Origin: Candidatus Saccharimonadota bacterium
Lineage (GTDB): Bacteria; Patescibacteriota; Saccharimonadia; Saccharimonadales; UBA4665
Length of the DNA: 32,000 nt
NCBI GenBank assembly: GCA_963718045.1
Contig: OY970350.1
Coordinates: 570,001 to 602,000 of the forward strand
Direction: 5' to 3'
Every line of letters begins with the position of its first letter. Position 1 is the stretch's first letter. Shown one piece after another: positions 1 to 7,439 of the stretch. The position numbers and the translations under genes were made by a program. The notes under the pieces were generated by a model. The model saw nothing but the letters and a program-made list of their open reading frames with translations, was not told the DNA's origin and did not search any database.

Positions 1-518
1 GTTGGGTTTTCGTTATTGGTGTCTTCGCTAGAAGAAGGTTTATCGTTATCTGTTGAGGGTGTACTTACTGGCACAGACGTCTTTGCTGGTTCTTCGCTAG
101 GCGGAGAAACATTAAATGAGCTGTCTGGCGGTGATGTCTCCTTTAAAGAATCTGAACTGTCTTCCAGATGACTAGGCAAAGGAGAAGACAGCAATTCACT
201 GCTAGATGGTGTGCTAGTCGGCTCACTGGGCGTAGACGCAGTTGTTGGTTCGGTTGTAAATGAGTCAGTTTTGGTGCTTGGGCTGTCAGACAAAGAGCTT
301 GAAGAAGTATCACTATTCATCGAGGTCGGCTCAGTAGAATCTGTCATTGGCTGAGAGCTTGATGACATTCCCTGGTCAGTTGGGGGTGCAGCAGTTGTCA
401 TGGGAGGTGTTTGAACCGCACCACCTGCTTTAGCCTTTTTGTCTTTTGTCATTTTTGCCACTACAAACACGATAGCCACCAGTATCAATATTACTAACAG
501 TACTACTATATATTTCAT
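1..518 (-). CDS. Membrane-anchored Ser/Thr/Pro-rich protein, N-terminal part only (ORF runs off the left edge)
   Basis: Not in the supplied track because it is truncated. Hand translation from the ATG at 518..516 gives MKYIVVLLVILILVAIVFVVAKMTKDKKAKAGGAVQTPPMTTAAPPTDQGMSSSSQPMTDSTEPTSMNSDTSSSSLSDSPSTKTDS..., open to position ~3. It has an N-terminal TM helix followed by a low-complexity S/T/P region. AAGG lies 5 nt upstream of the ATG. Confidence 0.55.
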   Translation of the reverse strand, partial: MKYIVVLLVILILVAIVFVVAKMTKDKKAKAGGAVQTPPMTTAAPPTDQGMSSSSQPMTDSTEPTSMNSDTSSSSLSDSPSTKTDSFTTEPTTASTPSEPTSTPSSSELLSSPLPSHLEDSSDSLKETSPPDSSFNVSPPSEEPAKTSVPVSTPSTDNDKPSSSEDTNNENP

Positions 519-530
519 GATAACCTTCTA

Positions 531-536
531 ATTATA
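531..536 (-). promoter_or_regulatory. Candidate -10 box (TATAAT) for the S/T/P-rich protein gene
   Basis: The minus strand reads TATAAT-tagAAGGttatc-ATG. The -10 is a perfect match, but there is no convincing -35. Confidence 0.3.
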
Positions 537-597
537 TTTAACCTAAGAATAACTCTAGCGTTTTTATCTACAATATGCAATATAGCTTATGCTTGGC

Positions 598-1473
598 TTA
601 TACAAGAAGGTCGTACTCTTTTGGTAATTTATCTAGACTGCCATGAAGAACTATGGGGTTTAAACCAATGATTTCCTCTAGGAAAGCAGACTTTTCTGGT
701 ATTTCGTTGAGGATAAATATTGGCTTGTCTAAATAAAAGGCTAAGGCCATTTCCATCAATACATTTCCCCCTATGTAGTTATGAGCACCATGTTTTTCAT
801 AATTCAGCACTAGTATTGCGTCACTCCTGCTTACTTCATCAAAATGGCCTTTCATTAGGGCAGTTTTCTTATGATAGTCGTCACTATTACTAAACCATGT
901 TTTATAATGGGTAACATCATAATCTCCTGAGAGTTTCATTCGCTCAGCGGTGGCTGGGATAATTACTTTATAGCCAAACTTCTCTAAAATTGGCTGGCAT
1001 TCTACTGCTTGCTTATAGAAGTTAACACTGGAACATATTGTTATCGTTCCCTTTACTATATTCTTTGATCCATCGGCTAAGTAAGCGTTTATAAGTTTTA
1101 TGTCTACTAAATCTTTAGGGCGGCCCATAGATTTTTTCCATCTTCTAACCTCTTTGAGCGAGGCAAAGGGTATGCCGTCTATAACTGTAGCAGTACTTAG
1201 CAGGTGCTTTAGGGTCGGTATATATGCACTGAAATCCCAACTAGTGTGGGCTTCGTAGATATCTTTTACATAAGGCTTATCATTTTTACTTTTGGTTATT
1301 TGCTTCCAACCGTCTTTTTTGATTATTTCTAGGGCTTCTTTTGATACAAGCAGGTCTATATCATTCGATTCACGTATGTTTGCGGCAGCCATAGGGCAGC
1401 TGCCAAAGACAATATAGCTACCCTTTGGAAAATTTAGTGCCTTAACCTTTTCAATAATTTCACTACCAGTCAT
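598..1473 (-). CDS. Two-domain protein: Pol-beta-type nucleotidyltransferase-like N-domain fused to a nucleoside 2-deoxyribosyltransferase-like (Rossmann) C-domain
   Basis: 291-aa ORF. The N-terminal half carries the NTase pattern IVFGSCPMAAANIRESNDIDLLV plus GRPKDLVDIKLI. The C-terminal half has ITICSSVNFY... and SDAILVLNYEKHGAHNYIGGNVLMEMALAFYLDKPIFIL, which resemble the NDT-like family. Domain assignment is by eye only. Confidence 0.7.
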   Translation of the reverse strand: MTGSEIIEKVKALNFPKGSYIVFGSCPMAAANIRESNDIDLLVSKEALEIIKKDGWKQITKSKNDKPYVKDIYEAHTSWDFSAYIPTLKHLLSTATVIDGIPFASLKEVRRWKKSMGRPKDLVDIKLINAYLADGSKNIVKGTITICSSVNFYKQAVECQPILEKFGYKVIIPATAERMKLSGDYDVTHYKTWFSNSDDYHKKTALMKGHFDEVSRSDAILVLNYEKHGAHNYIGGNVLMEMALAFYLDKPIFILNEIPEKSAFLEEIIGLNPIVLHGSLDKLPKEYDLLV

Positions 1474-1482
1474 GTGGAAGTT

Positions 1483-1491
1483 ATAATAACA
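1483..1491 (-). promoter_or_regulatory. Extended -10 promoter element TGtTATTAT, 9 nt upstream of the 598..1473 start codon
   Basis: The minus strand reads TGTTATTAT-aacttccac-ATG. There is no SD in the 9-nt gap. Confidence 0.4.
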
Positions 1492-1559
1492 AATTCTTAA
1501 AGATGACGCCTCATACCAGAGAGGTCAAAATACCCGGTACGATAGAAAGTCTAAAAAAC

Positions 1560-2378
1560 TTAAGCAACGTGAGTTGGATCCCAGCAAGTCCGCATGCCTT
1601 TATCTAATCCTTTTAGCTGGTCTAGATCATTAGAGTCAAGTGAGAAATCAAAGACTTCAAAGTTTTCTTTGATCCGCTTTAGGTGAGCCGACTTAGGTAG
1701 AGGAACAAGCTCTTTTTCTATACACCACCGTATCATTATCTGGGCATAAGATTTGCCATGCTTTTCAGCAATAGCTTCGATGACCTTATTATCCATTTTG
1801 TAGTTATGAGCCAGGGGTGAATAAGCTTCAACTACTATGCCGTTATCCTTGCAGTATTTAATAAGAACTGGCTGCTGTAGAAAGACATGGAGCTCAACCT
1901 GGTTAACTGCCGGTTTTACCGAGCATTCATTCAGTAGTTCTTCTAAGTGGTTAATGGTGTAGTTGCTCACTCCTATTGCTTTAGCTCTGCCAGATTTATA
2001 TATATCCTGCATACGTCTCCAGGCAGGACGGCGAAGCTCTGTAACAGGAAAATGTAAAAGCAGAAGGTCGACATAGTCGGTCTGTAGTTTTTTAAGAGAC
2101 TCAGAAAAACTTGGTTCTAAGTCATCCCAATGCATGTTTTCGGTCCAGATTTTTGTAGTAATAAACAATTCATTTCTTGGTACACCGCTACCTTTTAAAG
2201 CCTGCCCGACAAACTGCTCATTTTCATAGATCTGAGCTGTATCGAAGTGCCTATAGCCGGTCTTAACAGCAGTTTTAACTGCCTTTTTGCACTCTGCTTC
2301 ATCTTTTATCAGCCAGGTTCCAAAGCCAAGCTGCGGTATCTTTGTTTGACTCGAAAGTTCAATGCTTGGTATTGCCAT
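1560..2378 (-). CDS. Aldo/keto reductase (2,5-diketo-D-gluconate reductase-like)
   Basis: AKR signatures: GFGTW, YRHFDTAQIYENE, LFITTKIW, VDLLLLHFP, IGVSNY, NQVELH. AAGGAG lies 10 nt upstream of the ATG. Confidence 0.95.
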   Translation of the reverse strand: MAIPSIELSSQTKIPQLGFGTWLIKDEAECKKAVKTAVKTGYRHFDTAQIYENEQFVGQALKGSGVPRNELFITTKIWTENMHWDDLEPSFSESLKKLQTDYVDLLLLHFPVTELRRPAWRRMQDIYKSGRAKAIGVSNYTINHLEELLNECSVKPAVNQVELHVFLQQPVLIKYCKDNGIVVEAYSPLAHNYKMDNKVIEAIAEKHGKSYAQIMIRWCIEKELVPLPKSAHLKRIKENFEVFDFSLDSNDLDQLKGLDKGMRTCWDPTHVA

Positions 2379-2409
2379 ATACTTTATTCTCCTTTCGCTA
2401 TCTAACTAC

Positions 2410-2418
2410 ATCATACCA
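2410..2418 (-). promoter_or_regulatory. Extended -10 element TGgTATGAT for the aldo/keto reductase gene
   Basis: The minus strand reads TGGTATGAT, then a 32-nt leader containing AAGGAG, then ATG. Confidence 0.4.
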
Positions 2419-2427
2419 AAGAACTTC

Positions 2428-2436
2428 TGCTATTAT
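2428..2436 (+). promoter_or_regulatory. Extended -10 element TGcTATTAT, 6 nt upstream of the SDR start codon (leaderless arrangement)
   Basis: The plus strand reads TGCTATTAT-taattc-ATG(2443). There is no SD. Confidence 0.4.
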
Positions 2437-2442
2437 TAATTC

Positions 2443-3150
2443 ATGGTTCTTAAAGATAAAGTTGTAGTTGTAACTGGGGCAAGTGAAGGGATTGGCCGGG
2501 CTATTGCCAAACGGGTCTCAAAAGAAGGTGCAGTGTTGGCTGTTATCGGGCTAAACAGCGACAATCTGCAGGAAGTAGCTAATAATATTAGGTCTGGTGG
2601 CGGGAAGGCTGAAGCTTTCGTCTGCGACTTACGGGATAAAAATCAGATTAAGGACAGTGTAGAGGCTATAGTTGCTAAGTTTGGCGGTATTGATGTTCTT
2701 ATAAATAATGCGGGTATCTGGCAAAAGGTTATGCAGCTAGATGAAATTGAAGATAGTGTAGTCGAAGATGTTATAGCGACCAATCTTAAAGGGACTATTT
2801 TAATGACTAAGTATGTTTTGCCTCATCTCAAAGCTAAGCAGGAAGAAACAGCTATTATAAACATCGTTTCTAGGTCAGGCGTTATAGCTAAGGAAGGTCA
2901 GAGCATATATGCGGCCTCCAAGTACGGCGCTAAAGGATTTACAGATGTTCTGCGTGTAGATTTTAAAGATACTAAGATAAGAATAGGGGCTGTATACCAA
3001 GCAGGAGTTAATACTCAACTGTTTTCAAAGACTGGCGAAGATGTTTCAACCGAAAAGTTTACCAAACCACAAGATCTGGCCGATGCAGTTGCTTATATGT
3101 TAAATCGCCCAGCTAAAATCTGGTTGTCAGAAATACACATTATCTACTAA
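2443..3150 (+). CDS. Short-chain dehydrogenase/reductase (classical SDR)
   Basis: TGASEGIGRAIA (TGxxxGxG), NNAG, and the catalytic YAASK (YxxxK). Confidence 0.95.
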   Translation: MVLKDKVVVVTGASEGIGRAIAKRVSKEGAVLAVIGLNSDNLQEVANNIRSGGGKAEAFVCDLRDKNQIKDSVEAIVAKFGGIDVLINNAGIWQKVMQLDEIEDSVVEDVIATNLKGTILMTKYVLPHLKAKQEETAIINIVSRSGVIAKEGQSIYAASKYGAKGFTDVLRVDFKDTKIRIGAVYQAGVNTQLFSKTGEDVSTEKFTKPQDLADAVAYMLNRPAKIWLSEIHIIY

Positions 3151-3575
3151 TTATTGTTTTTAACATATGAGCTGTACTGCTCATACTCATCTTTAGATAT
3201 AAATTTATCTGGGCTACCAATTATGTCTTTTGGGTTAATCCATTCACTGCGTTCATGCTCATCAGATAATAATATATCGCCGCTTACGTAATCTACCTGG
3301 AAGAATATGGCAATAATCCTATTCTCTTTATTATCCCTATCGTATTTTCTCTTTGAAACAAAGGCTATTTCTTTAATGTCGAAGGCGAAATCTTGACCAA
3401 GCTCTTCCTTTAGTTCCCTCTTTAGAACTTCGTGCAAACTCAAGTCTACTTCTGGTTCGTTCATCCTGCCACCAGGGAAATCATAGTGATTATCTTTGGT
3501 TTTAAGTAGTAGTATTTTATTATCTTTTTTAACTATAGCTTTTGCTGCTATCTGGAAATATGCGTGATTATTCAT
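3147..3575 (-). CDS. NUDIX hydrolase
   Basis: Nudix box GGRMNEPEVDLSLHEVLKRELKEELG. The spacer between the first Glu and the RE dipeptide looks 3 residues longer than the canonical GX5EX7REUXEEXGU. Confidence 0.88.
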   Translation of the reverse strand: MNNHAYFQIAAKAIVKKDNKILLLKTKDNHYDFPGGRMNEPEVDLSLHEVLKRELKEELGQDFAFDIKEIAFVSKRKYDRDNKENRIIAIFFQVDYVSGDILLSDEHERSEWINPKDIIGSPDKFISKDEYEQYSSYVKNNN

Positions 3576-3621
3576 AATATTTATAAGTAACTATGCCAAA
3601 TCTCTGTAAGATATGCAGCTA

Positions 3622-4137
3622 CTAACTATTTTTCCCAATTACTCTACCGATAATATCGCTTTGTGGTAAGGGCCCAAAGTCTCGAGAATCAAAAGAGTCA
3701 GAGCGGTTGTCCCCTAGAACATAGACATCACCTTTGGGAACAATAATATTAACATTACCTCCAGTCTTAACACTACTGGCAATAACACTGCTTGTCGGGT
3801 TATAACCATTTGGGTGGTTATTATCATAGACGGTTAGTGTGTCGTTTCTTATTACAACCCTATCACTGCCAAGAGCTACTATTCGTTTGATGCTGTCTGT
3901 AGTTACTCCTTTTGAATTAGGAGAACGAATGATTACTACGCTGTCAATAGTTGGGTTGTTATCACTTTTTGTCGCCAATACGTATTGCCCGCTATCGTAG
4001 GTAGGGGCCATTGAGGGACCGTTAACTTCCCATCGTTTAAAATTAATGAGAGAAACTATCGGCACAATCACAAACACTATTATAAAGGCCCCTATAATAA
4101 CCACTACCCACTTGGTTTTAGTGCTCATTTTAGACAT
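3622..4137 (-). CDS. lepB: Signal peptidase I (S26 family)
   Basis: N-terminal TM helix, catalytic Ser box GPSMAPTY, Lys box KRIVALGSDRV, and GDNRSDSFDSRDFGP. Confidence 0.92.
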   Translation of the reverse strand: MSKMSTKTKWVVVIIGAFIIVFVIVPIVSLINFKRWEVNGPSMAPTYDSGQYVLATKSDNNPTIDSVVIIRSPNSKGVTTDSIKRIVALGSDRVVIRNDTLTVYDNNHPNGYNPTSSVIASSVKTGGNVNIIVPKGDVYVLGDNRSDSFDSRDFGPLPQSDIIGRVIGKNS

Positions 4138-4143
4138 TTGTTA

Positions 4144-4173
4144 AGTATAGATGGTTGATTAATAGGTTGTCAA
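4144..4173 (-). promoter_or_regulatory. Sigma70-type promoter for lepB: TTGACA-18 nt-TATACT, with the -10 ending 6 nt before the ATG
   Basis: The minus strand reads TTGACA-acctattaatcaaccatc-TATACT-taacaa-ATG. The -35 is a perfect match and there is no SD. Confidence 0.5.
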
Positions 4174-4332
4174 AATGAGCTGTTGATATAGCCATAATGC
4201 TGGTGCGGTAGAAGATAAATCTTTTAAACTGCTGCTAAGTAACATAGCTAAGTGGCTGATCGATAACCCTAAACCTAACTGGCTAAAGACAACATTTGAG
4301 ACAAAAAAACAGGATTACAAACAGATATATAG

Positions 4333-5235
4333 TTACTGAGTAAATGGTTGAGACTGGGATTGCTCATGAAGAATTAATGCGTTTCGAGCGATTTGGCCTA
4401 AAGCAGTAAACGGGTTTTGATGGGTAGCAGGATCTTCGCCGTGTCGAGCTACCGGAATACTATCACCAGCCATAAATAGTTGCCTGCCTGAATTGTCCCA
4501 ACTTTCAATACTACGAGCTGCTTTACGATATTGACCTGCAACTTGGACAGTTGAAGGTGCATTACCAACCGCTAGTACCTGATAGTTGAATAGCCATTCA
4601 TTCAGGGTGAGACCTTCTTTGAATATCTCATCGCCAACTGAGCTATCGACCGATATAACATTGGTGTCGACTCCAGCAGATCTTAGCATTTCTGCAGTAT
4701 ACAGCTCAGCAAATCTAGCTTCGGTGGGTAAATTACCATCTCGTTTAGCTATTTCACTGACTTCTGGATGTTCAACTTCGGTCATTGCTCTGTTGCCAGC
4801 AAAGATGGCTACGTGACGAATATCAACGCCCCGTTCGACAAGCTCTAGTACTTTTTTGGCACGCCGTTCTTGCCATCTACCCACGGCCGTATTAAATACT
4901 GCTACTTTCAAGCTACTTGGATAAGGGATTTCTGGATCAGCAAAACCACCGTGCATTTCCTGTAAGCTTCCAGAACGTTCCGCCCAATTTGATGCAATAG
5001 TAACAGCATCTGAATTAGTAGCTAGATGTTCTTGAACAAGTCCTATGTTGTCTTGCAATGTCTTAGCTGGGCCAATATGCCTTATGAACCCTTGGATAGC
5101 TTCAGTAGTCGGTGTAGCTTCGAGGTCATAGCCCGTAGCTTCAGCCATTTCAGGTAATAGCCCATCAGCCAGACCGTACACTCCGTTAGGGCTATGAGCT
5201 AGGTCAAATATATCATAGTTATGAAAGTCACTCAT
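4333..5235 (-). CDS. Hypothetical protein (300 aa, soluble, no recognised motif)
   Basis: Long clean ORF with its own near-consensus promoter. The central region (VAVFNTAVGRWQERRAKKVLELVERGVDIRHVAIFAGNR ... YQVLAVGNAPSTVQ) has an alternating beta/alpha Rossmann-like feel. Any resemblance to YdcF/DUF218 topology is speculative. Confidence 0.75.
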   Translation of the reverse strand: MSDFHNYDIFDLAHSPNGVYGLADGLLPEMAEATGYDLEATPTTEAIQGFIRHIGPAKTLQDNIGLVQEHLATNSDAVTIASNWAERSGSLQEMHGGFADPEIPYPSSLKVAVFNTAVGRWQERRAKKVLELVERGVDIRHVAIFAGNRAMTEVEHPEVSEIAKRDGNLPTEARFAELYTAEMLRSAGVDTNVISVDSSVGDEIFKEGLTLNEWLFNYQVLAVGNAPSTVQVAGQYRKAARSIESWDNSGRQLFMAGDSIPVARHGEDPATHQNPFTALGQIARNALILHEQSQSQPFTQ

Positions 5236-5243
5236 ATGTAGTC

Positions 5244-5272
5244 ATTATATCACCTTTTACTCTATTTGTCTA
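5244..5272 (-). promoter_or_regulatory. Near-consensus promoter TAGACA-17 nt-TGaTATAAT, 8 nt upstream of the 4333..5235 start codon
   Basis: The minus strand reads TAGACA-aatagagtaaaaggtga-TATAAT-gactacat-ATG. A TG dinucleotide sits at the extended -10 position, and there is no SD. Confidence 0.5.
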
Positions 5273-5284
5273 CTTCTGGTCAGT

Positions 5285-5371
5285 TGGTGCGGATGAGAGG
5301 ATTTGAACCTCCACGATCATAATGATCACTAGCTCCTGAAGCTAGCGCGTCTACCATTCCGCCACATCCGC
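5285..5371 (-). tRNA. tRNA-Leu(CAG), class II with long variable arm, CCA encoded
   Basis: The reverse complement is GCGGATGTGGCGGAATGGTAGACGCGCTAGCTTCAGGAGCTAGTGATCATTATGATCGTGGAGGTTCAAATCCTCTCATCCGCACCA. Folded by hand it gives a 7-bp acceptor stem (GCGGATG/CATCCGC), anticodon stem CTAGC/GCTAG with loop TTCAGGA (anticodon CAG, G37), variable arm GATCA-TTA-TGATC, and a T-arm GGAGG-TTCAAAT-CCTCT. Confidence 0.93.
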
Positions 5372-5417
5372 CTGAGGTCTATATTGTAGCTTAGATGGAT
5401 TTATTCTAACAAGTCCT

Positions 5418-7199
5418 TCAGGTGGTAACTTTGGCTTCGTTAATTTCCCAGTTGGCTACATTACTATACCTATCTACGTAGCTGTTGACGGTATTACCGT
5501 CAAGACCAAATATGGGTCCGTTAGTAATATACAGCAGTCTTGGCTGGTAAAGACCAAGAGCCGGCAAGTCTTGCTGCCAGGCAGCTAGCACTTTCGCATA
5601 TTCTGCCACTCTAAGGGTAGGGTTAAGGCTTGTTCTTCCACCCTCAAGATATATATTGGCCGTAGAATTGTTCCAGCCGGAAAGATTAAGTCTAGTTGGT
5701 GAGTTAGCCTGGGCCTGGGATCCATCCCAGTAGACAAAAACATCGGGGTCATTACCTATTGAAATGCCGTATAGAACTGCTTGGTAAGAATGTTCCTGAA
5801 GCACAGTGTTAAAGTCGCTTGGATCTTCAATATAAAGAGTTACATTAACGCCAAGCTTAGTCCAGTAGTTTTTAAGCTGGTTGGCGACACTTAAATATTC
5901 TGGCGTGTTTGAGACAGTCAGGCTGAAACTGAGACTGACGTTATTACTTGTTCTAATACCGCCAGGACCTGGGTTCCAGCCGGCCTTTGTTAGGGTGTTT
6001 TCAGCAGCAGTAAGGTTATATGCTGGTTCGCGGTAAGTCGGGTTATACCCGAGCTGTCCTTCAAGTAGAGGCTCATTTACCTCATGAGTCGGATAGCCGA
6101 GGTTAGCTATAATTGCCGGCACATTAACTGATTGAACCAGAGCCGACCTTACTGATTGGTTAGACAAAACGCCTGATGACACATTGAAGAAGGCATAGGT
6201 ACCAGCCGTTAAAATATAGTTGTGGATCTCAGCACTTTTCATGCTGGCAATACTTCCAGGCACTTCGTTTAATCCTTCAGCACCATTTAGCTGTCCTTTT
6301 GTGAAGGCATTTATTAAGTCCTGTTGGTCAGCATAGGCGTGGATAACAAACTCATCTAGCTTTGGTTTACCTAAGGTGTAGTTATTAAAAGGCAGAAGGG
6401 CTATTTGTTCTTCAGCGTTAGTTGGCGTTGTGCCGTTAACGGCTATGCTTTGCCAGGAAAAAGGTCCGGAACCGACTGGGTCTTCGGTGTTGAAGGTCGC
6501 AGAACGCATTTCACTAGCTGGTATGGTACTTAACAGATGCTCCGGTAATATGCCGTTTGTTAGATCTTCCGGGAATGAAGCCAGAGCATCAGGCAAGCTG
6601 AAAGTAACTGTTAGCGGTCCGTCAGCCGTTACTTTAACTCCCTGCCAGCTATTAAATAGCGGTGACTCGGCATCCGGATTTTCGATGAGATCATAGGTAA
6701 ATACAACGTCTTTAGAAGTTAATGGCTGGCCGTTCTGCCAGGTCAGATTAGGCTTTAAATTAACGGTATAGACATTACCGAGGGAGTTAGCGCTAATGCT
6801 GCTGGCTAGCTCACCGACTAGTTGATTGCCCGAGTTATATGTGAACAGGGGGGCAAAGATTAACCGTGAGACACTAGTGTCCACATCGCTGACGGCATAA
6901 ATCGGGTTGGCAGTTGTAAAGGTACCCAAGATTCCTTCGTTATATATGCCGCCGGGTACCGGAGCCATTTTTTGATAATAGTCACTTAAGAGATAGTTTT
7001 GACCAGCTGTGCCAACAATGCCAATAACAAGAAGAAGTGTCCAGGTGCCAACAAACCGTTTTACTTGCTGCAGTCTACCAAGTCTTCTTAAGAGATAGTT
7101 TTCAAGGTCTAGTTCAGCCTGCTGGCTTATATTGCCTGCTCTTTTTTCACCCAGCTCAAGCCGTCTACGGAAGCGCAGTTTGAGCAGCCTAAAACGCAT
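5418..7199 (-). CDS. Membrane-anchored ABC-transporter substrate-binding protein, family 5 (peptide/nickel type)
   Basis: The N-terminus is very basic (MRFRLLKLRFRRRLELGEKR...) and precedes a TM helix (WTLLLVIGIVGTAG). The SBP_bac_5-like core includes YTVNLKPNLTWQNGQPLTSKDVVFTYDLI. No permease or ATPase genes are adjacent. Confidence 0.82.
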   Translation of the reverse strand: MRFRLLKLRFRRRLELGEKRAGNISQQAELDLENYLLRRLGRLQQVKRFVGTWTLLLVIGIVGTAGQNYLLSDYYQKMAPVPGGIYNEGILGTFTTANPIYAVSDVDTSVSRLIFAPLFTYNSGNQLVGELASSISANSLGNVYTVNLKPNLTWQNGQPLTSKDVVFTYDLIENPDAESPLFNSWQGVKVTADGPLTVTFSLPDALASFPEDLTNGILPEHLLSTIPASEMRSATFNTEDPVGSGPFSWQSIAVNGTTPTNAEEQIALLPFNNYTLGKPKLDEFVIHAYADQQDLINAFTKGQLNGAEGLNEVPGSIASMKSAEIHNYILTAGTYAFFNVSSGVLSNQSVRSALVQSVNVPAIIANLGYPTHEVNEPLLEGQLGYNPTYREPAYNLTAAENTLTKAGWNPGPGGIRTSNNVSLSFSLTVSNTPEYLSVANQLKNYWTKLGVNVTLYIEDPSDFNTVLQEHSYQAVLYGISIGNDPDVFVYWDGSQAQANSPTRLNLSGWNNSTANIYLEGGRTSLNPTLRVAEYAKVLAAWQQDLPALGLYQPRLLYITNGPIFGLDGNTVNSYVDRYSNVANWEINEAKVTT

Positions 7200-7223
7200 T
7201 TTTTAGGTTTTCCTGACCTTTAG

Positions 7224-7439
7224 CTACTTCTCAATAACACCGAGAATTAGGGAGACGGCAAAGACGACTGCGCAGACAATGGTTAGTTGGAAGATTGTTT
7301 TATCTGTGCCTCGGCGAGTGGTGTTTACTTCTCCTGTCCCGCCAATACCTGCGCCTATTGAAGCACCCCTTGTCTGGACTAATATAAGCAGGACCATGAT
7401 CAGCATGGAGACGATGGTTATGTAGTTGAAAATATTCAT
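7224..7439 (-). CDS. secG: Preprotein translocase subunit SecG
   Basis: 71 aa with two TM helices and the SecG-like loop LILVQTRGASIGAGIGGTGE...RRGTDKTIFQLT. Confidence 0.8.
   Translation of the reverse strand: MNIFNYITIVSMLIMVLLILVQTRGASIGAGIGGTGEVNTTRRGTDKTIFQLTIVCAVVFAVSLILGVIEK

Noticed and set aside
4201-4208. The 8-mer TGGTGCGG is identical to the tRNA-Leu 3' end (5285..5292), which could be a degenerate att repeat bounding a 1.1-kb islet containing the 300-aa ORF
   Set aside because: An 8-nt match is expected about once by chance in 32 kb on two strands. The similarity does not extend beyond the 8-mer, and there is no integrase or recombinase.
4296-4335. A run of seven T (minus strand; A7 at 4303..4309) shortly after the stop of the 300-aa ORF, as a possible intrinsic terminator
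   Set aside because: I could not find a GC-rich stem immediately upstream of the U-run. The best pairing is 3 bp with a ~20-nt loop.
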